From: Myxococcota bacterium
GTDB lineage: Bacteria > Myxococcota_A > UBA796 > UBA2385
Reading direction: 5' to 3'
Length of the DNA stretch: 64,000 bases
Assembly (NCBI GenBank): GCA_044344255.1
Contig: JBIJDH010000009.1
Coordinates: 64,001 to 128,000, forward strand
Both the position numbers and the translations under genes were made by a program. The number at the start of each line of letters is the position of its first letter. Position 1 is the stretch's first letter. The notes under the pieces are model-generated. The model worked only from the letters and a program-made list of their open reading frames with translations. It searched no databases and had not been told where the DNA came from. Below, piece after piece: positions 1 to 9,849 of the stretch.

Positions 1-73
1 GGCATTTGCGAGGTGGGCTGGTTCCGCCCCAAGGAGGCTTCGCGGGCGGTGAGCCACCGCAGCCTCCGACCCC

Positions 74-1510
74 TCATGCGGCGCGTGCGATGGCTGCTTG
101 AGGCCGAGGACGACTGAGCGCTCGCCTTCGCCGTGCGGCGTATCGGCAGCGCCCGAGGGCGAAGAGGAAGGAGGGCCGCAAGAGCGCGGTGGGCGCATCC
201 ACCATCTGTGCCACGCGGTAGAAGGCCTCGGAGATGCGGGCGCTGTCGAGCGTCGCGCGCTGTACGAGGTCGACGAAGCGGCCGAGCAAACGCTGTAGGA
301 GGGGCTGCCGACCGACGTTCTCTGCCAACGGCCAGCGCGCGTCCTCTCCGGTCGCCATCTGCCAGGGCACCGCGACCACGCCGGAGAGCGCAGCCTGGAA
401 GCGGGCGGCGAGGCCGGTGATCTCAAGGGCGTCCCCCCGGCGATGCGCGCGGAGCACCCCGGACAGCGCGTCTGCCGAGAGGGCCGCCACGGTCATCCCC
501 TGGCCATAGACCGGGTTCAAAGCACAGAAGGCGTCACCCATCACGAGGAGACCTTCGAGCGGGCGCCGCAGCCGCTCATAGTGGCGGCGGCGGTTCTCTG
601 CCCGGGTGAACGAGACGATCGGGCCGTCGGGGACCGAGAGCATGAGGAAGCTCGAGAGCTCCGGGCTCGGGAGGCTGCGGGCGTAGGCCAGGAAGCCCGC
701 CTCGTCGGTCGGGGGCGCGTCGCCGGCCATGCCGAAGAGGGTGACGACCACGCGGTCACCCTCGATGGGCGCGATGATCCCACCTCGGCTCCCGTTCTCG
801 ACGCCGGGCTGGACGTAACAGACCTCCCAGCGGCGCATCACCTGGGGAAGTCGGCGGTAGATCCGGGTGGCGTAAGCGACCCTGGAGGTGATCACGGTCT
901 CCGCGGGAGACTCGAAGCCGAGCTCCTGGAGGAAACGCGGCGTCAGCGATCCCCGGCCGCTGGCATCGACGACGAGGTCGGCGGGCAGCCGCTCCTCGAC
1001 CCCGTCCGCCCGACGGACACGCACGGCGACGAGGCGGCGACCGGCGGCATCGAGCTCGACCCCGGTCCAGGTCCGCCCTCCGTCTACCCGGATCCGCGGG
1101 TCTTGAAGGGCCTGCTCTCGGATGCAGGCCTCCATCGCTGGCCGGCTGAGGCTCATCAGGTCCATCGCCGAGCGGTAACGGGGCCGCATGCCGCCGAAGG
1201 CGAACCAGGCGGTGTCGGCGCCGAGGTTGGGCTCCACCGCGCCGCGCGCCCGCATCCGATCTCCGAGGCCGGGGAAGCGGGCCTCCATCGAGAGCTGGCC
1301 TCGCTTGAGGAGCGCGTGGACATGCTGTCCCTGGGGCACCCCCCGCCGAGGGCGGTCGGTCTCCGGACCGAGCGGGTCGCGGTCCAGCAAGATGACCTCG
1401 GAGAAGTGTTCGGCGAGGGCAGCCGCGGCGTTGAGCCCGGCGACGCTGGCGCCGATGACGACGGCGGTCCCCGCGCTGGGGCGGGCGGCGAGGGGGGCAG
1501 GGCGGGGCAT
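74..1510 (-). CDS. FAD-dependent monooxygenase/oxidoreductase
   Basis: VVIGASVAGL Rossmann motif, VDASGRGS, GDAFCALNPVYGQGM; ATG at 1510 after a GGAGG SD (the ORF-track N-terminal extension is spurious). Confidence 0.85.
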   Translation of the reverse strand: MPRPAPLAARPSAGTAVVIGASVAGLNAAAALAEHFSEVILLDRDPLGPETDRPRRGVPQGQHVHALLKRGQLSMEARFPGLGDRMRARGAVEPNLGADTAWFAFGGMRPRYRSAMDLMSLSRPAMEACIREQALQDPRIRVDGGRTWTGVELDAAGRRLVAVRVRRADGVEERLPADLVVDASGRGSLTPRFLQELGFESPAETVITSRVAYATRIYRRLPQVMRRWEVCYVQPGVENGSRGGIIAPIEGDRVVVTLFGMAGDAPPTDEAGFLAYARSLPSPELSSFLMLSVPDGPIVSFTRAENRRRHYERLRRPLEGLLVMGDAFCALNPVYGQGMTVAALSADALSGVLRAHRRGDALEITGLAARFQAALSGVVAVPWQMATGEDARWPLAENVGRQPLLQRLLGRFVDLVQRATLDSARISEAFYRVAQMVDAPTALLRPSFLFALGRCRYAARRRRALSRPRPQAAIARAA

Positions 1511-1545
1511 CGGGCCTCCAACGGGTGGGGTCTCCACGGAGCGGA

Positions 1546-1561
1546 AGCAAAGGCCGTGCCA
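1546..1561 (-). promoter_or_regulatory. Sigma54 (-24/-12) promoter
   Basis: TGGCACGGCCTTTGCT on the minus strand fits TGGCACG-N4-TTGCW, 35 nt upstream of the monooxygenase ATG; AT-rich tract just upstream (about 1570-1605). Confidence 0.8.
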
Positions 1562-1756
1562 ATGACGGACCAAACCAATTGTATGCCTTTTTATTACGCA
1601 AATCACCACGACCCGCAGAGCCTCGAACGCTCGGCTCCGGCGCTCTCCGGCGCTCCCGGCGAACGGCGGCCCCCCCCGTTCGTGGCTGTTCAGGGAGACC
1701 TCCCTCGGCCTGCAATCAGCGGCCGCGTGACGCGTAGGCAGCTTGGAGGGTGCCGG

Positions 1757-2380
1757 ATGTCCAAGGAGCTCGTGCAGGCGCAGGTCACGGAGATGGTCAC
1801 CGAGACGAAGGCGCGGGTGAGCCTGGTGAGCCGGTCGATCGCCCTCTTGTGGGGGATCACCTTCATCGATCGGGTCCTGCTCGCCGGGGGCCTCGAGGCC
1901 TACGGCGTGCGGCCGCGTAGCCTGTCGGGGCTGGCGGGCATCCTGGCGGCTCCCTTCCTCCACGCGGGCTGGGGACACCTGCTGGCCAACACAGTGCCCT
2001 TCGCGATCCTCGGCTTCTTCACCATGGCGCGAAAGCGGATGGACTTTTGGGTGGTCGCGGCCACCTCCGCCGCCTCCGGGGGCCTCGCCGCCTGGCTGCT
2101 CGGCGGTTCGGACTCCGTGCACATCGGCGTAAGCGGGGTCGTCTTCGGGTTCCTCGGCTTCCTGATGGGGCGCGGCGTCTTCGAGCGCCGCATCGGCACG
2201 CTGCTGCTGTCCGGGCTCACCACCTTCTTCTTTGGGGGGCTGCTCATGGGCGTCCTCCCCGTGCTGGCCGGGGCCGGCATCTCCTGGCAGGCCCACCTCG
2301 GCGGCTGGCTGGGTGGGCTGTTGGTGTCCCGGACCCTGGCCCGCGAGCTCAAGCCCGCCGGCGGCGCCCGACGCGGGTGA
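1757..2380 (+). CDS. Rhomboid family intramembrane serine protease
   Basis: HLLAN (HxxxN), GVSG (GxSG), QAHLGG catalytic His, several TM helices, GGAGG SD. Confidence 0.9.
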   Translation: MSKELVQAQVTEMVTETKARVSLVSRSIALLWGITFIDRVLLAGGLEAYGVRPRSLSGLAGILAAPFLHAGWGHLLANTVPFAILGFFTMARKRMDFWVVAATSAASGGLAAWLLGGSDSVHIGVSGVVFGFLGFLMGRGVFERRIGTLLLSGLTTFFFGGLLMGVLPVLAGAGISWQAHLGGWLGGLLVSRTLARELKPAGGARRG

Positions 2381-3809
2381 ACAGCGCCGCGAAGGCCAGC
2401 CCGGCGAGCCCCAACCCCGCAGCGCCGCCCCGATTCGAGGTCGAGCAGCCGCCGTGGTAGAAGCCCTCTTGGCAGCCGTCCGGCACGCCGTCCTTGTTGG
2501 CGTCGATCACCGAGTCCACGACGATGAGGTCGATCGTGCCCGAGGTGCTAGCCTCCAGCCAGGAGAAGGTGTCGAGCAACGAGACGTTGCCCTTGGACTT
2601 CTGCGTGAAGTCGCCCCAGGACCGGGCACCGTCGTTGGGCTTCGCGGCGTCGCTAGCGGGGCTCGAGACCATGCCATCGGGCCCGCTGCTCTCGGCGCCA
2701 AGCTCTCCGTTCGGCATGAAGACATCAGCGGACTGCACGAGGGCGTCGTTCCACCGCATCGCGAGCGGTGTGCGACCACCCTCCTCCGTCAGGGAGTACA
2801 GCCGGAAGCCCGGGTAGGAGGTCTCCACGTCGGAGGCGACGAAGTGGAATTCGCCCAGCGAGACGGTGACCTGACAGCTGTAGCTGCCGGCCTCGGTGGG
2901 CTGGCCAGCGTTGTTCCGACCGTCCCAGTACACCGTGTTCTGACCCGCGACGGCGTCTCCGGAGATGGCGAGATCCTGATTGGTGGAGAGGTCGTAGATG
3001 CTGTCGCCGTCCAGATCGCAGATGAGATGGTACGTGCCCGGGTCGGTGCTGGTAAAGGTGAAAGAGCCGCCGATGTAGCCCGGAGCGACCGCCGCGCAGG
3101 GGCCGTCCTCCAGCGTGAGCGCGAGCTCCGTGACCTCAGGCGTCACGATCGCGTAGGACGCGATGCTCGGAGGCGCCAAGTAGATCGGGTACTCGGGGCT
3201 GTACGTCGAGGCGTTCTCCGGCACGCTGCGGCCGGCGTCCTCCCCGTTCACACCTCGCCGATTGGCCGCGAACTGCCACTGGTTTCCGGCGAGACCATCG
3301 GCCTTGAACTCGATGACGCCGTTGAAGCTGCCCGCGTCGTCTCCCACCAAGGTGAAGAAGGAGCCGGCGAAGGAGACGGATTCCGTCCAGTCCTCGGCGT
3401 CCATCAGCCACTCGTAGGAGTAGAGGCGCCCACCGGCCTCACCCTGGCCGAGCACCGCGATGTCCCAGTCACCGCGTTGATCATCGCTGAAGGTGAACTG
3501 ATAGGGGCCGGTCAGCCCACCGGTGTCTACAGGCTCACCGGAGGCGAAGGTGCCCAGCGCCGTGCCATCCGGGGCCGAGACATCCACAGTACCATCCCCG
3601 ACAAAGACTGGATCTTCGGCCGGATCGAGGATGTCTACGTAGACGATCGTGTCACGGAGCAGGTGCTGGGAGCCGAGCTGACCGGCACCCTCCGCGCGAG
3701 CGACGCCGACGGAGGTGGAGGCGACGCCGAACAAGATCAAGGCGCCGAGGACGCGCCCCTGGTGGTACAGGGGGCTGCGAGCGAGCGAGCGAAGGACAGT
3801 GAGGTTCAT
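2349..3809 (-). CDS. Secreted surface protein with FlgD Ig-like domain and MYXO-CTERM-like sorting signal
   Basis: Signal peptide ending ARA-E; VYWDGRNNAGQPTEAGSY (FlgD_ig-like); C-terminal GGCST, TM helix, RRRRA. Confidence 0.75.
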   Translation of the reverse strand: MNLTVLRSLARSPLYHQGRVLGALILFGVASTSVGVARAEGAGQLGSQHLLRDTIVYVDILDPAEDPVFVGDGTVDVSAPDGTALGTFASGEPVDTGGLTGPYQFTFSDDQRGDWDIAVLGQGEAGGRLYSYEWLMDAEDWTESVSFAGSFFTLVGDDAGSFNGVIEFKADGLAGNQWQFAANRRGVNGEDAGRSVPENASTYSPEYPIYLAPPSIASYAIVTPEVTELALTLEDGPCAAVAPGYIGGSFTFTSTDPGTYHLICDLDGDSIYDLSTNQDLAISGDAVAGQNTVYWDGRNNAGQPTEAGSYSCQVTVSLGEFHFVASDVETSYPGFRLYSLTEEGGRTPLAMRWNDALVQSADVFMPNGELGAESSGPDGMVSSPASDAAKPNDGARSWGDFTQKSKGNVSLLDTFSWLEASTSGTIDLIVVDSVIDANKDGVPDGCQEGFYHGGCSTSNRGGAAGLGLAGLAFAALFTRVGRRRRA

Positions 3810-3826
3810 GTTCGTCTCTCGGCGAG

Positions 3827-5746
3827 CTAGGGCTCGGCCTTCGTGCCGGTGTCCAGGATGTTGAACTCGACGCGGCGGTTCTCGGCGCGCCCGTTCGCCG
3901 TCGAGTTGGGCGCGAGCGGGCGGGACTCGCCGTAGCCTTGGGCCTGCAGGCGGCTGGCCTCGACCCCCTTTGCGATGAGGTAAGCCCGCACGGACTTGGA
4001 GCGCTCGTCGGAGAGGACGAGGTTGTGGTCGTCGTCACCCTGGCTGTCCGTGTGGCCCGAGACCTCCACCCGCTCGATCTGCGGGTTCGCGGCCAGCACG
4101 ATGGCGACCTGGTCCAGCAGGGGGAAGGAGACGTCCTTGATCGTGGCCCGATCGGTGTCGAAGAAGACCTTCTCGAGGATCACGATCTGGGTCTGCGTGA
4201 CCTGGGTGCGGGCGGGCTCCAGCTCGATCTGCACCGTCTGGTCGGAGCCCGGCGCGACCTTCAGGTCGACCCGGAACATCCCGAATTCAGGCGCGGTCGC
4301 GAAGATCGTGTGCTCACCCGCGCCGAGGGTGTGCTCGCCTGTGCCGCCGCTGCCCAGGGTGAGCGGTCGCTCGACCCCGCAGTAGTCCGGCTGAGACTGC
4401 ACCTTGATCTCCACGCTGGGGATCGGCTTCCGATCGCCCTTGGACACGGCGACATACTGCACCGTGCCGCGCACCTTGGGCTCCAAGTTGACCACGAGCT
4501 GATTCTCGCCCTCGTGGGCCACGACGCTCGCCTCGCCGCTGAGGCACCCCTGCGTGGCGCTGGCGGACCAGCGCTTCTTCGGGGGCGTCTCCACCTTGAA
4601 GGAGCTGACGCCGCTCTCGAAGGTGGCCGGCTCCTCACCGCCCTCCACCTTCACCGGGGCGCCATAGAACGGCGCCTCCTCATAGAAGACGAGCACCTCG
4701 AGGGTGGCGAGGCTGTCGGGGCAGCCGTCCTGGTCCTTGTACTTGTTGACCGTCTCGGGCTGGCTGGGGCAGGCGTCCGCCTTGTCGAGGATTCCATCCT
4801 GATCTCGGTCCACTACGGTCTCGGCCACCCGGCCGAAGCCCGCGCCCAAAAATGCGCGGTACGGCGCGGTCTCCGCACCATCACCGACCCCGATGGCGCC
4901 GCCGGCGAGCACGTGCACGCCGCTCGACCAACGATGCCGAAGCGAGAGCAGGACCTCGGTGTGGGTCGCCGAGCCGGGCTCCGGGCTCTTCGTCAACGGG
5001 AGCTGAAAGGTGGACTCAGCGTTGAGCGAGCTGCGGGGCTGGAAGAGCCAGCCGGCGCCGACTCCCGCGAGGACGTTGTCGGAATTCGAGAGGTTCTCGA
5101 GCTGGATCTCCGGGTTGAAGGCCATGCCCGCTGAGCCCGTGAAGGTCAGCTTCTCGAGCTCGTAGGTGCCCGCCAGCGCAGCGCCGCCGCCGACCCCGGG
5201 GGCGCCGGTGAACTCAGCGGCGTCCCCCGTGGGGACGTCGAGCCAGGGCACGACGCCGAGGCCGAGGCCGCCGGGCGACGAAGACGCAGGCGGAAGGATG
5301 CTCACCATCCCCCCGATCCGGAGATCGCCGAGTCCAACACCCTGGGATACATCGCCGAGACCCACCGAGCTCAAGAACAGCGGCGCGCCCACGTCGAGGC
5401 GAACGCGCTCATGAAGCGTGACCCCCGCCGACAGATTGAGCGCCATCAGGTTGTCGAGGATCGTGACCGTCCGCGCGTTTCCGCCCGTAGCGTCGGATAC
5501 GGTGTAAGATAGCGGCGCCTCGGCGTACTCGAAGACCCCGCCGAAGAACCAGTGCTTCGGCGTCATCCGCCCCGGGCGGGCCACAGCGAGGAGATCGCGC
5601 GGATCGCCGTCGAAGGCCGCGAGGTGGAAGCCGTGCGCGTCGAAGCCCTCGGGGCTCGCGTCCTGGGCCAGCGCGACGCCGGGGAGGACGGCGGCCACCA
5701 AAAGCGCGAGGCTCGCGTTTCGGAGATGGGAGGTGAGGGGCATCAT
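3827..5746 (-). CDS. OmpA-family outer-membrane protein (beta-barrel + TSP3-like repeat + OmpA C domain; TraB-like architecture)
   Basis: Signal peptide ALA-Q; DRDQDGILDKADACP...DGCPD; GHTDSQG, NLVLSDER, NRRVEF. Confidence 0.88.
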   Translation of the reverse strand: MMPLTSHLRNASLALLVAAVLPGVALAQDASPEGFDAHGFHLAAFDGDPRDLLAVARPGRMTPKHWFFGGVFEYAEAPLSYTVSDATGGNARTVTILDNLMALNLSAGVTLHERVRLDVGAPLFLSSVGLGDVSQGVGLGDLRIGGMVSILPPASSSPGGLGLGVVPWLDVPTGDAAEFTGAPGVGGGAALAGTYELEKLTFTGSAGMAFNPEIQLENLSNSDNVLAGVGAGWLFQPRSSLNAESTFQLPLTKSPEPGSATHTEVLLSLRHRWSSGVHVLAGGAIGVGDGAETAPYRAFLGAGFGRVAETVVDRDQDGILDKADACPSQPETVNKYKDQDGCPDSLATLEVLVFYEEAPFYGAPVKVEGGEEPATFESGVSSFKVETPPKKRWSASATQGCLSGEASVVAHEGENQLVVNLEPKVRGTVQYVAVSKGDRKPIPSVEIKVQSQPDYCGVERPLTLGSGGTGEHTLGAGEHTIFATAPEFGMFRVDLKVAPGSDQTVQIELEPARTQVTQTQIVILEKVFFDTDRATIKDVSFPLLDQVAIVLAANPQIERVEVSGHTDSQGDDDHNLVLSDERSKSVRAYLIAKGVEASRLQAQGYGESRPLAPNSTANGRAENRRVEFNILDTGTKAEP

Positions 5747-5897
5747 CGGAGAGCTCTTCCCATTGCAACGTCGACCCTTGCGGCGTCGACCAGGGCATGT
5801 TCACACAACGCCACGAGTTAGCGAGTTCACCGAGACACGGCCACCCCCCTAAGGTCGACGCCCCAAGACCGTCGCATTGGAGCGAGCGCCCGTGCGC

Positions 5898-7274
5898 TCA
5901 CCTCGACGCGTCAAACACACCCCAGGCCCCTCTGCCGTCGGTATCCACACCGAAGATACCGAAGTCCCGACCACCATCGGCGTCCAGGTCGAGGCCGGTC
6001 GAGAGAGAGAGGCCCAGCTGCTGCCAGTCCTCCGTGCCCGGACGGGAGTCGTCGGCGTCCCCGCTGCTGCGCCCTCCGCTTGGGCGAGAGAAGCCGTACA
6101 CGCTTCCCAGGCCCCCGAGGGCGCCGGGAGCTCCGACCAACAGCATGTCCTCGTCGAGCCAAGCCAGCGAACGGCCGAGCTGCTCATGCGGATCCTCGGC
6201 GACCAGGCGCGCCTCGCTCTCCGAAAGCTCGAGGGCTCCGCGGGCGGAGGGGGCGACCACGTAGACTACACCGCCCTCGGCGCCGCTCGGCGCGGAGATC
6301 GCCAACCGCGTCCCCCCATCCTCGTGAGGCGACAGCCGGAGGACCGCCCCGGCGCGATCCCCCTCGGCTTCACCGATCAGCTGGGCCGAAGCGTCGTCGA
6401 CGCTGCCGAATTGAATAAATGGACCACTGAACACATAAACGGAGCCAATGCCGCTCGTGCTCGGCGCGCCGACGATGGCCTCGGAGACCCCATCTCCGTC
6501 GATGTCAGCGGTCAAGAGGCTCTCCCCAAAGTGGCCGGAGGAGGCCTCGCCATACCAAGTCGAGGCCGTGTAGGAGCCATCTCCGGTGAGGGTGAGCAGA
6601 TCGATCCGGCCGGAGTTATCCCCGAACTCCGAATCGGTCGGCGCGCCGACGAGGAGCTGTACGCCCTCCTGTCCAGCGACGGCGGCGAGGGTCCACCCGA
6701 AGGACCCCACGCTCGTGAGCTCCTCCTGTCGGCCGTCGATGGCGCCCGCGAGGAGCTGCTCCTGGGTGAACAGATACACCGCGCCGCTCGGGGTCTGAAA
6801 TTCGCCCGCAACCTGCCCGGGAGCGCCCACGGCGAGCAAGGTCTCGCCGCGCTCCGACGTCACCACCGCGATGGAGCTCCCGAATTGTCCTCCTCCGCTC
6901 TGTCCGCCGACGAAGGCGAGCGTGCCGTCGGCCTGCTGGACCGCGTCGAGGTCGCTCGCTCCTTCGGGGATCCGTTCGACCACCAGCAGGCCTCCCGCCG
7001 CGTCCGACTCACCGGGGAGGAGGAAGGCGATCGCCCCCAAATCCGGGAGGAAGCTCCCCAAGTCCTCCGGGTTCGGGAAGTACCCGTTCCCACCGCCGTC
7101 GCCGATGATGACCCCGGTGGAGATCCCCCCGAGCACAGCGCCCGCGCTGTCACAAAGCCCATCCCCGTTGTCGTCCCGACAGAGGGTGGAGCTGGTGCCG
7201 CTCTTCACCGTCGGGCACCCGAGCGCGAACAGGGACAGCGTGGAGAGCAACGCAGCAGAGGGGGCAGCGCGCAT
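5898..7274 (-). CDS. FG-GAP repeat (integrin-alpha-like beta-propeller) lipoprotein
   Basis: Lipobox ALGC; repeated FG...VGAP motifs; DIDGDG and DLDADG calcium-binding loops. Confidence 0.8.
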   Translation of the reverse strand: MRAAPSAALLSTLSLFALGCPTVKSGTSSTLCRDDNGDGLCDSAGAVLGGISTGVIIGDGGGNGYFPNPEDLGSFLPDLGAIAFLLPGESDAAGGLLVVERIPEGASDLDAVQQADGTLAFVGGQSGGGQFGSSIAVVTSERGETLLAVGAPGQVAGEFQTPSGAVYLFTQEQLLAGAIDGRQEELTSVGSFGWTLAAVAGQEGVQLLVGAPTDSEFGDNSGRIDLLTLTGDGSYTASTWYGEASSGHFGESLLTADIDGDGVSEAIVGAPSTSGIGSVYVFSGPFIQFGSVDDASAQLIGEAEGDRAGAVLRLSPHEDGGTRLAISAPSGAEGGVVYVVAPSARGALELSESEARLVAEDPHEQLGRSLAWLDEDMLLVGAPGALGGLGSVYGFSRPSGGRSSGDADDSRPGTEDWQQLGLSLSTGLDLDADGGRDFGIFGVDTDGRGAWGVFDASR

Positions 7275-7289
7275 CGAGGTGTCCGGGGA

Positions 7290-9824
7290 TCAGGGGAGGG
7301 GACGGAGCAGCCGGAAGCCCACGATGTCCTGCGGGTGCTCCGGGCGGGCGGCCTGCGGCCAGGCCAATCGGATGTTGGCCTCGTAGTAACCCGCCGTGCC
7401 CCCCCGAATCCACCGGGTCGGGCCGTCACTCTCCCGTGGCCGTACGAGGGGATCGGCCTCGGGGCGCAGCTCGGCCCCCATCCTCACCGGCCCGTCCAAG
7501 CACCAGTCCGCCACGTTGCCCGCCATGCCGAGGACCCCATATGGGCCGACGTCATCGGGGGTCTCGTCGACCGTCGCGATGGCGGTGCCGGCCGCCAAGG
7601 AGAAGCGGCTGCGACACCAGGTCGCGTCAAAGCGGTCTCCCCAGGGGAAGATGCGGCCATCCACCCCACGAGCTGCCTTCTCCCACTCAAACTGCCCCGG
7701 GAGGCGCCATGATTGGCCCGTCTCGGCGGATCTCCATCGGGCATACGCCATCGCCCCCCACCAATCGAGGCGCATGACGGGCCAGTCGGGCTGCCAGAGG
7801 TCGCCCTGGTCGTCCCGCCGGAGGCAAAAGTCTCCCGCTTCGGTTCGCCCGTACGCCAAGATCTTGCGGTCCGCCTCGCCAGCTTGCGGATGCTGGGCCC
7901 CCACAAGGTTCAGGCCGGTCTGGACGAGGCCGGGAGCGGCCCGCAGGGCCTCCGCCTCCCGACCTTGCGCGATCAGGTCGTTCAAGAAGCGGATGAACTC
8001 ACGGTTTGTGACCGGCCGGGCGTCGATGGCGAAGCTGTCGACCCACAGACGCTGCCGGGGAGAGGGGCTCGGCGCGCGCGCATCTCCAGCGACGAACCAC
8101 CCAGCCGGGACGTAGCGCTCTTCGGGGCCGAGCGCCTCGGGCTCGAGCAGGCGGAGCGGGCGAGCCTCCGCTTCCCCTGGGCGGAGGTTCTGCCACTCCT
8201 CTCGACGGCCGATCAGGACGGGCAGCTCGACGATGGGCCGATCAGGGTGGCGGACGCGCAGGAGGTAGGAGCCCATCGGGAGGCGGGCCCGGAGGACCGG
8301 GCTTCGGCCGAGCGAGATCGGTTCCCTTGGTTCGAGGCGGTGTTGCACCTCGATGAACCGATAGGCGACGACCTCCGCCCCAGGAGGCTCTGTATCGAGA
8401 GACAGCCACCCGCCTCCGTCTATGTACTCCGTATACCGTCCATCATCGTGGAGTCGGAGCTGGAGGAGCGCCGCCCGAGCGGGGCCCTCCTCTTCCGCCA
8501 TCTCCGCCGCCGCGTGAACCGCATGGTAATGCGCGGCGAGGCGGGCGTGGGCTTCGGGTAGCTCGGGGTCTTCGGTGAGCGCGCCGTGAAGGAATTGAAG
8601 CCACTCGCCAAAGCCACCCCGACCGCGCGCCTCCGCCACCTCCGCCTCCGCTTCGAGGGTCCAGCCAGGCTGCTTCTCCGTGACCGGCGCGTGGCGTGGC
8701 ACGCCTGCGAGGAGCGCTCGAGCGCGGGACCGAAGCGTCTGGGCCTCCGCCTCCCAGGCGGACCACTCCGGCTGCAGGCGATCGGCCTCGGCGACGAGGG
8801 CCCGGGCTCGCTCCGTCCGGCGCGCCCCGTCCAACCAGGCCTTCACCCCCTCCGCGAGCAAGCCCGCCTCTGGCGGTCGACTGACCGGATCCCGATCCAT
8901 CGCGAACTGGCAGAGCTCTACGAGCTCCGCCGGGAGGCGGCCCACCGGGAGGGGCGGCGGCGGGCCCATCCTCAGACGGTTGAGCACCTCCATCGCGCTG
9001 TCTCCACCGTACGGAGGGCGACCGCTGAGGATGTGGTACAGGATCGAGCCCAGGGCGTATACATCCGCGGGCGGGCCCACCTCCGGCTCCCCCCACGCTT
9101 GCTCCGGCGACATGTAGGACGGAGTGCCGGAGATGGCGCCGGCGAGGGTCTCGAAGGCCCGCTCATCCTGGCGGCTGCTCGACAGCGCCCCGACCGAGCC
9201 GTCACCCTGGAGGCGGGCGATGCCCCAGTCGAGGACGTAGACTCGGCCAAAGGTGCCGAGCATGATGTTGTCCGGCTTGAGATCCCGATGGACGAGGCCG
9301 CGGGCGTGGCAGTACGCCATCGTCTCGCAGATGCGATGAAAGATGTCGATGAGGCCTCGCAGACCGCGCTGCTCCCGGATCGCCTCCGAGAGCGTCCGCC
9401 CCTCCACCTCGGCCATCGTGAAGCACCAGCGCCCGTCGGCGCGGAGCCCGAGGTCAAATATCGGGACCACACCCGGGTGGTTGAGCTGGGCGACCAGCTG
9501 GGCCTCCTCGACGAAGCGGGCGATCGCCCGAGCGTCGGGCTGTCGATCGACCCGCAGGACCTTCATCGCGACCACTCGACGCAGCACCCGATCGCGCGCC
9601 CGAAAGACCTCCCCCATCCCACCGGCGCCGAGCAAGCCGAGCTGCTCGTACCGCCCTCCGTCGATCGAGGGCGCACCGAGGACGGATCCCCCCGCGGCCG
9701 CAAACCAGCCGCTGGAGCCCACTTCGCCCGTGGTGACACATTCACGGACCGTTCCACGTTCGTCGAGCGTCGCTTCATGCTCCAACGTAAGTGGCGGATC
9801 GACTGTGTCCTTCGATGCTCCCAC
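7290..9824 (-). CDS. Ser/Thr protein kinase fused to FGE-sulfatase (SUMF1) domain
   Basis: GAGGMGEV, VAMK, HRDLKPDN, DWG, GTPSYMSPE; C-terminal EWEKAARG, MAGNVADW, GFRL; GTG start at 9824 inferred from GGAG SD. Confidence 0.88.
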   Translation of the reverse strand: MGASKDTVDPPLTLEHEATLDERGTVRECVTTGEVGSSGWFAAAGGSVLGAPSIDGGRYEQLGLLGAGGMGEVFRARDRVLRRVVAMKVLRVDRQPDARAIARFVEEAQLVAQLNHPGVVPIFDLGLRADGRWCFTMAEVEGRTLSEAIREQRGLRGLIDIFHRICETMAYCHARGLVHRDLKPDNIMLGTFGRVYVLDWGIARLQGDGSVGALSSSRQDERAFETLAGAISGTPSYMSPEQAWGEPEVGPPADVYALGSILYHILSGRPPYGGDSAMEVLNRLRMGPPPPLPVGRLPAELVELCQFAMDRDPVSRPPEAGLLAEGVKAWLDGARRTERARALVAEADRLQPEWSAWEAEAQTLRSRARALLAGVPRHAPVTEKQPGWTLEAEAEVAEARGRGGFGEWLQFLHGALTEDPELPEAHARLAAHYHAVHAAAEMAEEEGPARAALLQLRLHDDGRYTEYIDGGGWLSLDTEPPGAEVVAYRFIEVQHRLEPREPISLGRSPVLRARLPMGSYLLRVRHPDRPIVELPVLIGRREEWQNLRPGEAEARPLRLLEPEALGPEERYVPAGWFVAGDARAPSPSPRQRLWVDSFAIDARPVTNREFIRFLNDLIAQGREAEALRAAPGLVQTGLNLVGAQHPQAGEADRKILAYGRTEAGDFCLRRDDQGDLWQPDWPVMRLDWWGAMAYARWRSAETGQSWRLPGQFEWEKAARGVDGRIFPWGDRFDATWCRSRFSLAAGTAIATVDETPDDVGPYGVLGMAGNVADWCLDGPVRMGAELRPEADPLVRPRESDGPTRWIRGGTAGYYEANIRLAWPQAARPEHPQDIVGFRLLRPLP

Positions 9825-9849
9825 CTTCGCGACTCCCGCGGCGACCGCA

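Noticed and set aside
1757..2380. Rhomboid as the sorting protease for the adjacent CTERM protein
   Set aside because: The genes are convergent with a 32-nt overlap, and the tail is the Cys-containing MYXO-CTERM type rather than GlyGly-CTERM; adjacency alone is not enough.
5760..5790. Possible sigma54 box upstream of the OmpA gene
   Set aside because: TTGCA is present but the GG-N10-GC spacing is not met.
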